Assembly (NCBI RefSeq): GCF_009914755.1
Contig: NC_060948.1
DNA length: 64,000 nt
DNA from: the human T2T-CHM13v2.0 reference genome, Homo sapiens
Reading direction: 5' to 3' (one strand)
In this document: positions 1-19,405 of the stretch, in pieces
Position numbering within the stretch: the first letter of the stretch is position 1
Layout of the letters: each line of letters opens with the position of its first letter
Translations under genes and position numbers: made by a program
The notes under the pieces: model-generated
Seen by the model: only the letters and a program-made list of their open reading frames with translations
The model's database searches: none
Told to the model about the DNA's origin: nothing

Positions 1-110
1 TTTTAGTAGTGACAGCGTTTCACTGTATTGGCCAGGATGGTCTTGATCTCTTCACCTTGTGATCCCCTTGCCTTGGCCTCCAAATTTGCTGGGATTACAG
101 GCCTGAGCCA
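1..110 (-). mobile_element. AluY-like element, partial (left arm), cut by window start
   Basis: TTTTAGTAG...CCAGGATGGTCTTGATCTC...GCTGGGATTACAGGCCTGAGCCA is an antisense Alu left arm. Confidence 0.9.
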
Positions 111-685
111 AGATCCATATTTTTTAAATGAAAAAAAATTTCAAAGGTACTCTGCTTGGTACAATAATCAAATGTATAAACTGAGGAATAAAACATAACC
201 ATGAAACCTACTTATAACTGCATATGGAAAATACAGAGGATAATTTTTTAAATAACATATTTTGAAAGCCTTAACTAGTAATTTGAAGAGTTGGCATTTG
301 AAAGGCCAGTATGAATATACCTTCAAAGCAGCAACACAGGTTCCCCATGAGAAAAAGCAAACACAGGGAAAATAAAACCACAAAGGTTCAATCTCTTCTG
401 ACCTTTGAAAGACACAGCACAGACAGTGGTCCTTAGGACGAAGAGCAGGAGACCCCTAATTCCGTCACCATGGCGATAGGGCATAAACATTGCTGGGTGA
501 GGGCACAATCCACATTGTGAGGTCCAACTGCTGCCAGGAAGACAGGAGTGCTTTTACATAGACCGAAAGGTCATTGAAGGCTCAGAGTTTTGTTTCAAGA
601 ACTGAATCCCAAGCCCACACGTTATTAGGCTGCGCTTCTTAAAACAAGTTATGAGATGGGAAAAAGGGCACCCACAAACATACGT
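111..685. repeat. HSATI-like GC-moderate block of the monomer (representative copy)
   Basis: Non-Alu, non-simple ~575-bp segment (AGATCCATATTTTTTAAATG...CCCACAAACATACG) between the Alu 5' end and the AT block. Further copies start at about 2524, 4933, 7346, 9757, 12170, 14583, 16993, 19406, 21819, 24232, 26642, 29062, 31483, 33903, 36321, 38740, 41160, 43575, 45974, 48394, 50814, 53232, 55652, 58070, 60490 and 62910. The name comes from the known DYZ2 composition; boundaries are approximate. Confidence 0.75.
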
Positions 686-2523
<1,838 letters not shown>

Positions 2524-4617
2524 AGATCCATATTTTGTAAATGAAAAAAAATTTCAAAGGTACTCTGCTTGGTACAATAACCAAATGTATATACTGAGGA
2601 ATAAAACATAACCATGAAACCTACTTATAACTGCATATGGAAAATACAGAGGTTAATTTTTTAAATAACATATTTTGAAAGCCTTAACTAGTAATTTGAA
2701 GAGTTGGCATTTGAAAGGCCAGTATGAATATACCTTCAAAGCAGCAACACAGGTTCCCCATGAGAAAAAGCAAACTCAGGGAAAATAAAAACACAAAGGT
2801 TCAATCTCTTCTGACCTTTGAAAGACACAGCACAGACAGTGGTCCTTAGGACGAAGAGCAGGAGACCCCTAATTCCGTCACCATGGCGATAGGGCATAAA
2901 CATTGCTGGGTGAGGGCACAATCCACATTGTGAGGTCCAACTGCTGCCAGGAAGACAGGAGTGCTTTTACGTAGACCGAAAGGTCATTGAAGGCTCAGAG
3001 TTTTGTTTCAAGAACTGAATCCCAAGCCCACACGTTATTAGGCTGCGCTTCTTAAAACAAGTTATGAGATGGGAAAAAGGGCACCCACAAACATACGTAT
3101 ACATTATGTATATAATAATATACAGTGTCATATATATAATATATATAACCTATGTATAATATTGTTTTACATCCTGCATCTTGTTATGTATATTGTATAA
3201 AATATAATAATTGATAATATATAAGTTTTATAATTATACAATATGACATATAGTATATATAATAATTTATGACCTATATAATATATGTTATATATCATAT
3301 ATAGAATATATTATACGGTTAATATACGTATTAAATATAAATTATACATTATATATATTATATATAATATATCTGTTATATATAATACTCATTATGCATA
3401 ATATATATATTATGTCTATGTTATATATAGTATAAAACAACATATAATAATATATAATTGTATATATAAAATGCGACATATAATATATATTATATTTTAT
3501 AACATATGTAATATATATTATATATAATACGTTGTATGTATAATACCTATATTAAATATATATTATATGACTATGTTATTAATTACATGTCACATGTGTT
3601 ATATATTATATATTTTTCATAGAATATACCGGTTACATACAATATATACTATGTTACCTATAATGTATAATTTATTACATGTAAAATAAAGAATGCAATA
3701 TATTATGTAAAATTTATAATATACAATATGTGGAATGTGATATATATAACATATAATATATGATATATGATATACAGTATATGATATATAACATACAATA
3801 TATGATTCCTAATATATATGGTATACAATATATATTTTATGATATGTATACTATATGTTTTATATTCTGTTATATATAACTATTTGAAATTATATATAAC
3901 TGTATAATATTTTATGTAAATATGTAATATAATATATAACAATATAATATATTATATATAACTATATATTATGTTATTTATACTTTTATAACATAATTTA
4001 CATAAAATATCATAATATAATATATATTATATTATTTCATATTACATAATATATATTACATATCACCCAATATAACTAACATACATAATATTATAATATA
4101 GATTATATTATGTTATATTAAATATCATATATATCATGTATCATATATTCTATAATATATATTACACATTATATAATATGTATGATGTCTATTATGTGAT
4201 ATATATAACTATATATATAATTATATTTTTATACATATAACTAGATAAACATGTAATTCTACATATTTTCATTTATAATATGTGGAATTATATAATCATA
4301 TATAATTATTTATATTCTATAAAAAATTTTATCATTATATAAATTATAATATATAAAAATTATAATATATACTACAAATATATATATTATATATCATATA
4401 TGATATAGTACCTTTGTTATATATCATAATACATATAAATGTGTATTATGTTATCTATAATTATATAATTTCATATATAAGATGTATAATATGTATCATA
4501 TATTATATATGTTATGTAATATATATAGTATATATATGATGACACAGGATAAATATTATATACTATGACATATAAAATATATGAGGTTATATGTTACATA
4601 TAAGGCATAGCACATAA

Positions 4618-4932
<315 letters not shown>

Positions 4933-7053
4933 AGATCCATATTTTTTAAATGAAAAAAAATTTCAAAGGTACTCTGCTTGGTACAATAATCAAATGTATA
5001 AACTGAGGAATAAAACATAACCATGAAACCTACTTATAACTGCATATGGAAAATACAGAGGATAATTTTTTAAATAACATATTTTGAAAGCCTTAACTAG
5101 TAATTTGAAGAGTTGGCATTTGAAAGGCCAGTATGAATATACCTTCAAAGCAGCAACACAGGTTCCCCATGAGAAAAAGCAAACACAGGGAAAATAAAAA
5201 CACAAAGGTTCAATCTCTTCTGACCTTTGAAAGACACAGCACAGACAGTGGTCCTTAGGACGAAGAGCAGGAGACCCCTAATTCCGTCACCATGGCGATA
5301 GGGCATAAACATTGCTGGGTGAGGGCACAATCCACATTGTGAGGTCCAACTGCTGCCAGGAAGACAGGAGTGCTTTTACATAGACCGAAAGGTCATTGAA
5401 GGCTCAGAGTTTTGTTTCAAGAACTGAATCCCAAGCCCACACGTTATTAGGCTGCGCTTCTTAAAACAAGTTATGAGATGGGAAAAAGGGCACCCACAAA
5501 CATACGTATACATTATGTATATAATAATATACAGTGTCATATATATAATATATATAACCTATGTATAATATAGTTTTACATCCTGCATCTTATGTTATTT
5601 ATATTGTATAAAATATAATAATTGATAATAGATAAGTTTTATAATTATACAATATGACATACAGTATATATCATAATTTATGACATATATAATATATGTT
5701 ATATATCATATATAGAATATATTATACGGTTAATATACGTATTAAATATAAATTATACATTATATATATTATATATAATATATCTGTTATATATAATACC
5801 CATTATGCATAATATATATATTATGTCTATGTTATATATAGTATAAAACAACATATAATAATATATAATTGTATATATAAAATGCGACATATAATATATA
5901 TTATATTTTATAACATATGTAATACATATTATATATAATATGTTGTATGTATAATACCTATATTAAATATATATTATATGACTATGTTATTAATTACATG
6001 TCACATGTGTTATATATTATATATTTTACATAGAATATACCGGTTACATACAATATATACCATGTTACCTATAATGTATAATTTATTACATGTAAAATAA
6101 AGAATGCAATATATTATGTATAATTTATAATATACAATATGTGGAATGTGATATATATAACATATAATATATGATATATGATATACAGTATATGATATAT
6201 AACATACAATATATGATTCCTAATATATATGGTATACAATATATATTTTATGATATGTATTCTATATGTTTTATATTCTGTTATATATAACTATTTGAAA
6301 TTATATATAACTGTATAATATTTTATGTAAATATGTAATATAATATATATAACTATATAATATATTATATATAACTATATATTATGTTATATATACTTTT
6401 ATAACATAATTTACATAAAATATCATAATATAATATATATTATATTATTTCATATTAAATAATATATATTACATATCACCCAATATAACTAACATACATA
6501 ATATTATAATATAGATTATATTGTGTTATATTAAATATCATATATATCTTGTATCATATATTCTATAATATATATTACACATTATATAATATGTATGTTG
6601 TCTATTATGTGATATATATAACTATATATATAATTATATTTTTATACATATAACTAGATAAACATGTAATTCTACATATTTTCATTTATAATACGTAGAA
6701 TTATATAATCATATATAATTATTTATATTCTATAAAAAATTTTATCATTATATAAATTATAATATATAAAAATTATAATATGTACTACAAATATATATAT
6801 TATATATCATATATGATATAGTACCTTTGTTATATATCACAATACATATAAATGTGTATTATGTTATCTATAATTATATAATTTCATATATAAGATGTAT
6901 ATTATGTATCTTATATTATATAAGTTATGTAATATATATAGTATATATAAGATGACACAGGATAAATATTATATACTATGACATATAAAATATATGAGGT
7001 TATATGTTACATATAAGGCATAGCACATAACATGTAATATATATCATATATAA

Positions 7054-7345
7054 TTTTTTTTTAGACAGAATCTTGTCCTGTTGCACAGGGTGGGGTACAA
7101 TGGCGCCATCTTTGCTCACTGCAACTTCTGCCTCACGGGTCCAAGCGATTGTCCTCCCTCAGCCTCCCAGGTTGCTGGGACTACACCACACTGGGACTAC
7201 ACCAGCTGCCACCATGCCTAGCTAATTTTTTGGATTTTTAGTAGTGACAGCGTTTCACTGTATTGGCCAGGATGGTCTTGATCTCTTCACCTTGTGATCC
7301 CCTTGCCTTGGCCTCCAAATTTGCTGGGATTACAGGCCTGAGCCA
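7054..7345 (-). mobile_element. AluY-like copy in DYZ2 monomer
   Basis: Near-identical to 2232-2523. Confidence 0.9.
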
Positions 7346-9441
7346 AGATCCATATTTTTTAAATGAAAAAAAATTTCAAAGGTACTCTGCTTGGTACAAT
7401 AATCAAATGTATAAACTGAGGAATAAAACATAACCATGAAACCTACTTATAACTGCATATGGAAAATACAGAGGTTAATTTTTTAAATAACATATTTTGA
7501 AAGCCTTAACTAGTAATTTGAAGAGTTGGCATTTGAAAGGCCAGTATGAATATACCTTCAAAGCAGCAACACAGGTTCCCCATGAGAAAAAGCAAACACA
7601 GGGAAAATAAAAACACAAAGGTTCAATCTCTTCTGACCTTTGAAAGACACAGCACAGACAGTGGTCCTTAGGACGAAGAGCAGGAGACCCCTAATTCCGT
7701 CACCATGGCGATAGGGCATAAACATTGCTGGGTGAGGGCACAATCCACATTGTGAGGTCCAACTGCTGCCAGGAAGACAGGAGTGCTTTTACGTAGACCG
7801 AAAGGTCATTGAAGGCTCAGAGTTTTGTTTCAAGAACTGAATCCCAAGCCCACACGTTATTAGGCTGCGCTTCTTAAAACAAGTTATGAGATGGGAAAAA
7901 GGGCACCCACAAACATACGTATACATTATGTATATAATAATATACAGTGTCATATATATAATATATATAACCTATGTATAATATTGTTTTACATCCTGCA
8001 TCTTGTTATGTATATTGTATAAAATATAATAATTGATAATATATAAGTTTTATAATTATACAATATGACATATAGTATATATAATAATTTATGACCTATA
8101 TAATATATGTTATATATCATATATAGAATATATTATACGGTTAATATACGTATTAAATATAAATTATACATTATATATATTATATATAATATATCTGTTA
8201 TATATAATACCCATTATGCATAATATATATATTATGTCTATGTTATATATAGTATAAAACAACATATAATAATATATAATTGTATATATAAAATGCGACA
8301 TATAATATATATTATATTTTATAACATATGTAATATATATTATATATAATACGTTGTATGTATAATACCTATATTAAATATATATTATATGACTATGTTA
8401 TTAATTACATGTCACAAGTGTTATATATTATATATTTTACATAGAATATACCGGTTACATACAATATATACCATGTTACCTATAATGTATAATTTATTAC
8501 ATGTAAAATAAAGAATGCAATATATTATGTAAAATTTATAACATACAATATGTGGAATGTGATATATATAACATATAATATATGATATATGATATACAGT
8601 ATATGATATATAACATACAATATATGATTCCTAATATATATGGTATACAATATATATTTTATGATATGTATTCTCTATGTTTTATATTCTGTTATATATA
8701 ACTATTTGAAATTATATATAACTGTATAATATTTTATTTAAATATATAATATAATATATATAACTATATAATATATTATATATAACTATATATTATGTTA
8801 TATATACTTTTATAACATAATTTACATAAAATATCATAATATAATATATATTATATTATTTCATATTAAATAATATATATTACATATCACCCAATATAAC
8901 TAACATACATAATATTATAATATAGATTATATTGTGTTATATTAAATATCATATATATCTTGTATCATATATTCTATAATATATATTACACATTATATAA
9001 TATGTATGTTGTCTATTATGTGATATATATAACTATATATATAATTATATTTTTATACATATAACTAGATAAACATGTAATTCTACATATTTTCATTTAT
9101 AATACGTAGAATTATATAATCATATATAATTATTTATATTCTATAAAAAATTTTATCATTATATAAATTATAATATATAAAAATTATAAGATGTACTACA
9201 AATATATATATTATATATCATATATGATATAGTACCTTTGTTATATATCACAATACATATAAATGTGTATTATGTTATCTATAATTATATAATTTCATAT
9301 ATAAGATGTATAATATGTATCTTATATTATATAAGTTATGTAATATATATAGTATATATAAGATGACACAGGATAAATATTATATACTATGACTTATAAA
9401 ATATATGAGGTTATATGTTACATATAAGGCATAGCACATAA

Positions 9442-9756
<315 letters not shown>

Positions 9757-11854
9757 AGATCCATATTTTTTAAATGAAAAAAAATTTCAAAGGTACTCTG
9801 CTTGGTACAATAATCAAATGTATAAACTGAGGAATAAAACATAACCATGAAACCTACTTATAACTGCATATGGAAAATACAGAGGTTAATTTTTTAAATA
9901 ACATATTTTGAAAGCCTTAACTAGTAATTTGAAGAGTTGGCATTTGAAAGGCCAGTATGAATATACCTTCAAAGCAGCAACACAGGTTCCCCATGAGAAA
10001 AAGCAAACACAGGGAAAATAAAAACACAAAGGTTCAATCTCTGCTGACCTTTGAAAGACACAGCACAGACAGTGGTCCTTAGGACGAAGAGCAGGAGACC
10101 CCTAATTCCGTCACCATGGCGATAGGGCATAAACATTGCTGGGTGAGGGCACAATCCACATTGTGAGGTCCAACTGCTGCCAGGAAGACAGGAGTGCTTT
10201 TACATAGACCGAAAGGTCATTGAAGGCTCAGAGTTTTGTTTCAAGGACTGAATCCCAAACCCACACGTTATTAGGCTGCGCTTCTTAAAACAAGTTATGA
10301 GATGGGAAAAAGGGCACCCACAAACATACGTATACATTATGTATATAATAATATACAGTATCATATATATAATATATATAACCTATGTATAATATTGTTT
10401 TACATCCTGCATCTTATGTTATATATATTGTATAAAATATAATAATTGATAATATATAAGTTTTATAATTATACAATATGACATATAGTATATATTATAA
10501 TTTATGACATATATAATATATGTTTTATATCATATATAGAATATATTATACGGTTAATATACGTATTAAATATAAATTATACATTATATATATTATATAT
10601 AATATATCTGTTATATATAATACCCATTATACATAATATATATATTATGTCTATGTTATATATAGTATAAAACAACATATAATAATATATAATTGTATAT
10701 ATAAAATGCGACATATAATATATATTATATTTTATAACATATGTAATATATATTATATATAATACGTTGTATGTATAATACCTATATTAAATATATATTA
10801 TATGACTATGTTATTAATTACATGTCACATGTGTTATATATTATATATTTTACATAGAATATACCGGTTACATACAATATATACCATGTTACCTATAATG
10901 TATAATTTATTACATGTAAAATAAAGAATGCAATATATTATGTAAAATTTATAACATACAATATGTGGAATGTGATATATATAACATATAATATATGATA
11001 TATGATATACAGTATATGATATATAACATACAATATATGATTCCTAATATATATGGTATACAATATATATTTTATGATATGTATTCTATATGTTTTATAT
11101 TCTGTTATATATAACTATTTGAAATTATATATAACTGTATAATATTTTATGTAAATATGTAATATAATATATATAACTATATAATATATTATATATAACT
11201 ATATATTATGTTATATATACTTTTATAACATAATTTACATAAAATATCATAATATAATATATATTATATTATTTCATATTAAATAATATATATTACATAT
11301 CACCCAATATAACTAACATACATAATATTATAATATAGATTATATTGTGTTATATTAAATATCATATATATCTTGTATCATATATTCTATAATATATATT
11401 ACACATTATATAATATGTATGTTGTCTATTATGTGATATATATAACTATATATATAATTATATTTTTATACATATAACTAGATAAACATGTAATTCTACA
11501 TATTTTCATTTATAATACGTAGAATTATATAATCATATATAATTATTTATATTCTATAAAAAATTTTATCATTATATAAATTATAATATATAAAAATTAT
11601 AATATGTACTACAAATATATATATTATATATCATATATGATATAGTACCTTTGTTATATATCACAATACATATAAATGTGTATTATGTTATCTATAATTA
11701 TATAATTTCATATATAAGATGTATAATATGTATCTTATATTATATAAGTTATGTAATATATATAGTATATATAAGATGACACAGGATAAATATTATATAC
11801 TATGACATATAAAATATATGAGGTTATATGTTACATATAAGGCATAGCACATAA

Positions 11855-12169
<315 letters not shown>

Positions 12170-14290
12170 AGATCCATATTTTTTAAATGAAAAAAAATTT
12201 CAAAGGTACTCTGCTTGGTACAATAATCAAATGTATAAACTGAGGAATAAAACATAACCATGAAACCTACTTATAACTGCATATGGAAAATACAGAGGTT
12301 AATTTTTTAAATAACATATTTTGAAAGCCTTAACTAGTAATTTGAAGAGTTGGCATTTGAAAGGCCAGTATGAATATACCTTCAAAGCAGCAACACAGGT
12401 TCCCCATGAGAAAAAGCAAACACAGGGAAAATAAAAACACAAAGGTTCAATCTCTGCTGACCTTTGAAAGACACAGCACAGACAGTGGTCCTTAGGACGA
12501 AGAGCAGGAGACCCCTAATTCCGTCACCATGGCGATAGGGCATAAACATTGCTGGGTGAGGGCACAATCCACATTGTGAGGTCCAACTGCTGCCAGGAAG
12601 ACAGGAGTGCTTTTACATAGACCGAAAGGTCATTGAAGGCTCAGAGTTTTGTTTCAAGGACTGAATCCCAAACCCACACGTTATTAGGCTGCGCTTCTTA
12701 AAACAAGTTATGAGATGGGAAAAAGGGCACCCACAAACATACGTATACATTATGTATATAATAATATACAGTATCATATATATAATATATATAACCTATG
12801 TATAATGTTGTTTTACATCCTGCATCTTATGTTATATATATTGTATAAAATATAATAATTGATAATATATAAGTTTTATAATTATACAATATGACATATA
12901 GTATATATTATAATTTATGACATATATAATATATGTTTTATATCATATATAGAATATATTATACGGTTAATATACGTATTAAATATAAATTATACATTAT
13001 ATATATTATATATAATATATCTGTTATATATAATACACATTATGCATAATATATATATTATGTCTATGTTATATACAGTATAAAACAACATATAATAATA
13101 TATAATTGTATATATAAAATGCGACATATAATATATATTATATTTTATAACATATGTAATATATATTATATATAATACGTTGTATGTATAATACCTATAT
13201 TAAATATATATTATATGACTATGTTATTAATTACATGTCACATGTGTTATATATTATATATTTTACATAGAATATACCGGTTACATACAATATATACCAT
13301 GTTACCTATAATGTATAATTTATTACATGTAAAATAAAGAATGCAATATATTATGTAAAATTTATAACATACAATATGTGGAATGTGATATATATAACAT
13401 ATAATATATGATATATGATATACAGTATATGATATATAACATACAATATATGATTCCTAATATATATGGTATACAATATATATTTTATGATATGTATTCT
13501 CTATGTTTTATATTCTGGTATATATAACTATTTGAAATTATATATAACTGTATAATATTTTATTTAAATATGTAATATAATATATATAACTATATAATAT
13601 ATTATATATAACTATATATTATGTTATATATTCTTTTATAACATAATTTACATAAAATATCATAATATAATATATATTATATTATTTCATATTACATAAT
13701 ATATATTACATATCACCCAATATAACTAACATACATAATATTATAATATAGATTATATTGTGTTATATTAAATATCATATATATCATGAATCATATATTC
13801 TATAATATATATTACACATTATATAATATGTATGTTGTCTATTATGTGATATATATAACTATATATATAATTATATTTTTATACATATAACTAGATAAAC
13901 ATGTAATTCTACATATTTTCATTTATAATATGTAGAATTATACAATCATATATAATTATTTATATTCTATAAAAAATTTTATCATTATATAAATTATAAT
14001 ATATAAAAATTATAATATGTACTACAAATATATATATTATATATCATATATGATATAGTACCTTTGTTATATATCATAATACATATAAATGTGTATTATG
14101 TTATCTATAATTATATAATTTCATATATAAGATGTATAATATGTATCATATATTATATATGTTATGTAATATATATAGTATATATAAGATGACACAGGAT
14201 AAATATTATATACTATGACATATAAAATATATGAGGTTATATGTTACATATAAGGCATAGCACATAACATGTAATATATATCATATATAA

Positions 14291-14582
14291 TTTTTTTTTA
14301 GACAGAATCTTTTCCTGTTGCACAGGGTGGGGTACAATGGCGCCATCTTTGCTCACTGCAACTTCTGCCTCACGAGTCCAAGCGATTGTCCTCCCTGAGC
14401 CTCCCAGGTAGCTGGGACTACACCACACTGGGACTACACCAGCTGCCACCATGCCTAGCTAATTTTTTGGATTTTTAGTAGTGACAGCGTTTCACTGTAT
14501 TGGCCAGGATGGTCTTGATCTCTTCACCTTGTGATCCCCTTGCCTTGGCCTCCAAATTTGCTGGGATTACAGGCCTGAGCCA
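14291..14582 (-). mobile_element. AluY-like copy in DYZ2 monomer
   Basis: Near-identical; TCTTTTCC and CCCTGAGC variants. Confidence 0.9.
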
Positions 14583-16700
14583 AGATCCATATTTTTTAAA
14601 TGAAAAAAAATTTCAAAGGTACTCTGCTTGGTACAATAATCAAATGTATAAACTGAGGAATAAAACATAACCATGAAACCTACTTATAACTGCATATGGA
14701 AAATACAGAGGATAATTTTTTAAATAACATATTTTGAAAGCCTTAACTAGTAATTTGAAGAGTTGGCATTTGAAAGGCCAGTATGAATATACCTTCAAAG
14801 CAGCAACACAGGTTCCCCATGAGAAAAAGCAAACTCAGGGAAAATAAAAACACAAAGGTTCAATCTCTTCTGACCTTTGAAAGACACAGCACAGACAGTG
14901 GTCCTTAGGACGAAGAGCAGGAGACCCCTAATTCCGTCACCATGGCGATAGGGCATAAACATTGCTGGGTGAGGGCACAATCCACATTGTGAGGTCCAAC
15001 TGCTGCCAGGAAGACAGGAGTGCTTTTACGTAGACCGAAAGGTCATTGAAGGCTCAGAGTTTTGTTTCAAGAACTGAATCCCAAGCCCACACGTTATTAG
15101 GCTGCGCTTCTTAAAACAAGTTATGAGATGGGAAAAAGGGCACCCACAAACATACGTATACATTATGTATATAATAATATACAGTGTCATATATATAATA
15201 TATATAACCTATGTATAATATTGTTTTACATCCTGCATCTTCTGTTATATATATTGTATAAAATATAATTATTGATAATATATAAGTTTTATAATTATAC
15301 AATATGACATATAGTATATATTATAATTTATGACATATATAATATATGTTATATATCATATATAGAATATATTATACGGTTAATATAAGTATTAAATATA
15401 AATTATACATTATATATATTACATATAATATATCTGTTATATATAATACCCATTATGTATAATATATATATTATGTCTATGTTATATATAGTATAAAACA
15501 ACATATAATAATATATAATTGTATATATAAAATGCGACATATAATATATATTATATTTTATAACATATGTAATATATATTATATATAATACGTTGTATGT
15601 ATAATACCTATATTAAATATATATTATATGACTATGTTATTAATTACATGTCACATGTGTTATATATTATATATTTTACATAGAATATACCGGTTACATA
15701 CAATATATACTATGTTACCTATAATGTATAATTTATTACATGTAAAATAAAGAATGCAATATATTATGTAAAATTTATAACATACAATATGTGGAAAGTG
15801 ATATATATAACATATAATATATGATATATGATATAGAGTATATGATATATAACATACAATATATGATTCCTAATATATATGGTATACAATATATATTTTA
15901 TGATATGTATTCTCTATGTTTTATATTCTGTTATATATAACTATTTGAAATTATATATAACTGTATATTTTATGTAAATATGTAATATAATATATATAAC
16001 TATATAATATATTATATATAACTATATATTATGTTATATATACTTTTATAACATAATTTACCTAAATTATCATAATATAATATATATTATATTATTTCAT
16101 ATTACATAATATATATTACATATCACCCAATATAACTAACATACATAATATTATAATATAGATTATATTGTGTTATATTAAATATCATATATATCATGAA
16201 TCATATATTCTATAATATATATTACACATTATATAATATGTATGTTGTCTATTATGTGATATATATAACTATATATATAATTATATTTTTATACATATAA
16301 CTAGATAAACATGTAATTCTACATATTTTCATTTATAATATGTAGAATTATACAATCATATATAATTATTTATATTCTATAAAAAATTTTATCATTATAT
16401 AAATTATAATATATAAAAATTATAATATGTACTACAAATATATATATTATATATCATATATGATATAGTACCTTTGTTATATATCATAATACATATAAAT
16501 GTGTATTATGTTATCTATAATTATATAATTTCATATATAAGATGTATAATATGTATCATATATTATATATGTTATGTAATATATATAGTATATATAAGAT
16601 GACACAGGATAAATATTATATACTATGACATATAAAATATATGAGGTTATATGTTACATATAAGGCATAGCACATAACATGTAATATATATCATATATAA

Positions 16701-16992
16701 TTTTTTTTTAGACAGAATCTTTTCCTGTTGCACAGGGTGGGGTACAATGGCGCCATCTTTGCTCACTGCAACTTCTGCCTCACGGGTCCAAGCGATTGTC
16801 CTCCCTGAGCCTCCCAGGTAGCTGGGACTACACCACACTGGGACTACACCAGCTGCCACCATGCCTAGCTAATTTTTTGGATTTTTAGTAGTGACAGCGT
16901 TTCACTGTATTGGCCAGGATGGTCTTGATCTCTTCACCTTGTGATCCCCTTGCCTTGGCCTCCAAATTTGCTGGGATTACAGGCCTGAGCCA
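16701..16992 (-). mobile_element. AluY-like copy in DYZ2 monomer
   Basis: Near-identical; TCTTTTCC and CCCTGAGC variants. Confidence 0.9.
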
Positions 16993-19113
16993 AGATCCAT
17001 ATTTTTTAAATGAAAAAAAATTTCAAAGGTACTCTGCTTGGTACAATAATCAAATGTATAAACTGAGGAATAAAACATAACCATGAAACCTACTTATAAC
17101 TGCATATGGAAAATACAGAGGATAATTTTTTAAATAACATATTTTGAAAGCCTTAACTAGTAATTTGAAGAGTTGGCATTTGAAAGGCCAGTATGAATAT
17201 ACCTTCAAAGCAGCAACACAGGTTCCCCATGAGAAAAAGCAAACTCAGGGAAAATAAAAACACAAAGGTTCAATCTCTTCTGACCTTTGAAAGACACAGC
17301 ACAGACAGTGGTCCTTAGGACGAAGAGCAGGAGACCCCTAATTCCGTCACCATGGCGATAGGGCATAAACATTGCTGGGTGAGGGCACAATCCACATTGT
17401 GAGGTCCAACTGCTGCCAGGAAGACAGGAGTGCTTTTACGTAGACCGAAAGGTCATTGAAGGCTCAGAGTTTTGTTTCAAGAACTGAATCCCAAGCCCAC
17501 ACGTTATTAGGCTGCGCTTCTTAAAACAAGTTATGAGATGGGAAAAAGGGCACCCACAAACATACGTATACATTATGTATATAATAATATACAGTGTCAT
17601 ATATATAATATATATAACCTATGTATAATATTGTTTTACATCCTGCATCTTCTGTTATATATATTGTATAAAATATAATTATTGATAATATATAAGTTTT
17701 ATAATTATACAATATGACATATAGTATATATTATAATTTATGACATATATAATATATGTTATATATCATATATAGAATATATTATACGGTTAATATAAGT
17801 ATTAAATATAAATTATACATTATATATATTACATATAATATATCTGTTATATATAATACCCATTATGTATAATATATATATTATGTCTATGTTATATATA
17901 GTATAAAACAACATATAATAATATATAATTGTATATATAAAATGCGACATATAATATATATTATATTTTATAACATATGTAATATATATTATATATAATA
18001 CGTTGTATGTATAATACCTATATTAAATATATATTATATGACTATGTTATTAATTACATGTCACATGTGTTATATATTATATATTTTACATAGAATATAC
18101 CGGTTACATACAATATATACTATGTTACCTATAATGTATAATTTATTACATGTAAAATAAAGAATGCAATATATTATGTAAAATTTATAACATACAATAT
18201 GTGGAAAGTGATATATATAACATATAATATATGATATATGATATACAGTATATGATATATAACATACAATATATGATTCCTAATATATATGGTATACAAT
18301 ATATATTTTATGATATGTATTCTCTATGTTTTATATTCTGTTATATATAACTATTTGAAATTATATATAACTGTATAATATTTTATGTAAATATGTAATA
18401 TAATATATATAACTATATAATATATTATATATAACTATATATTATGTTATATATACTTTTATAACATAATTTACCTAAAATATCATAATATAATATATAT
18501 TATATTATTTCATATTACATAATATATATTACATATCACCCAATATAACTAACATACATAATATTATAATATAGATTATATTGTGTTATATTAAATATCA
18601 TATATATCATGTATCATATATTCTATAATATATATTACACATTATATAATATGTATGTTGTCTATTATGTGATATATATAACTATATATATAATTATATT
18701 TTTATACATATAACTAGATAAACATGTAATTCTACATATTTTCATTTATAATATGTAGAATTATATAATCATATATAATTATTTATATTCTATAAAAAAT
18801 TTTATCATTCTATAAATTATAATATATAAAAATTATAATATGTACTACAAATATATATATTATATATCATATATGATATAGTACCTTTGTTATATATCAT
18901 AATACATATAAATGTGTATTATGTTATCTATAATTATATAATTTCATATATAAGATGTATAATATGTATCATATATTATATATGTTATGTAATATATATA
19001 GTATATATAAGATGACACAGGATAAATATTATATACTATGACATATAAAATATATGAGGTTATATGTTACATATAAGGCATAGCACATAACATGTAAAAT
19101 ATATCATATATAA

Positions 19114-19405
19114 TTTTTTTTTAGACAGAATCTTGTCCTGTTGCACAGGGTGGGGTACAATGGCGCCATCTTTGCTCACTGCAACTTCTGCCTCACGGGT
19201 CCAAGCGATTGTCCTCCCTCAGCCTCCCAGGTAGCTGGGACTACACCACACTGGGACTACACCAGCTGCCACCATGCCTAGCTAATTTTTTGGATTTTTA
19301 GTAGTGACAGCCTTTCACTGTATTGGCCAGGATGGTCTTGATCTCTTCACCTTGTGATCCCCTTGCCTTGGCCTCCAAATTTGCTGGGATTACAGGCCTG
19401 AGCCA
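19114..19405 (-). mobile_element. AluY-like copy in DYZ2 monomer
   Basis: Near-identical; CAGCCTTT variant. Confidence 0.9.

Noticed and set aside
168-383. 71-aa minus-strand ORF (MCFYFPCVCF...)
   Set aside because: It is interrupted by stops in many copies (for example GAGGTTAAT and ACTCAGG variants) and has AT-biased composition. It is a spurious satellite ORF.
323-508. 61-aa minus-strand ORF (MCPHPAMFMP...) open in all 27 copies
   Set aside because: It has no recognisable domain or gene context. Its persistence is expected because monomers are nearly identical, and most visible changes are nonsynonymous. There is no evidence of coding function; Ribo-seq or proteomics would be needed.
14237-14452. 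[21 protein letters not shown]...
   Set aside because: This is a translation of the Alu sense strand ([18 protein letters not shown] are typical Alu-frame peptides), opened by a single SNV.
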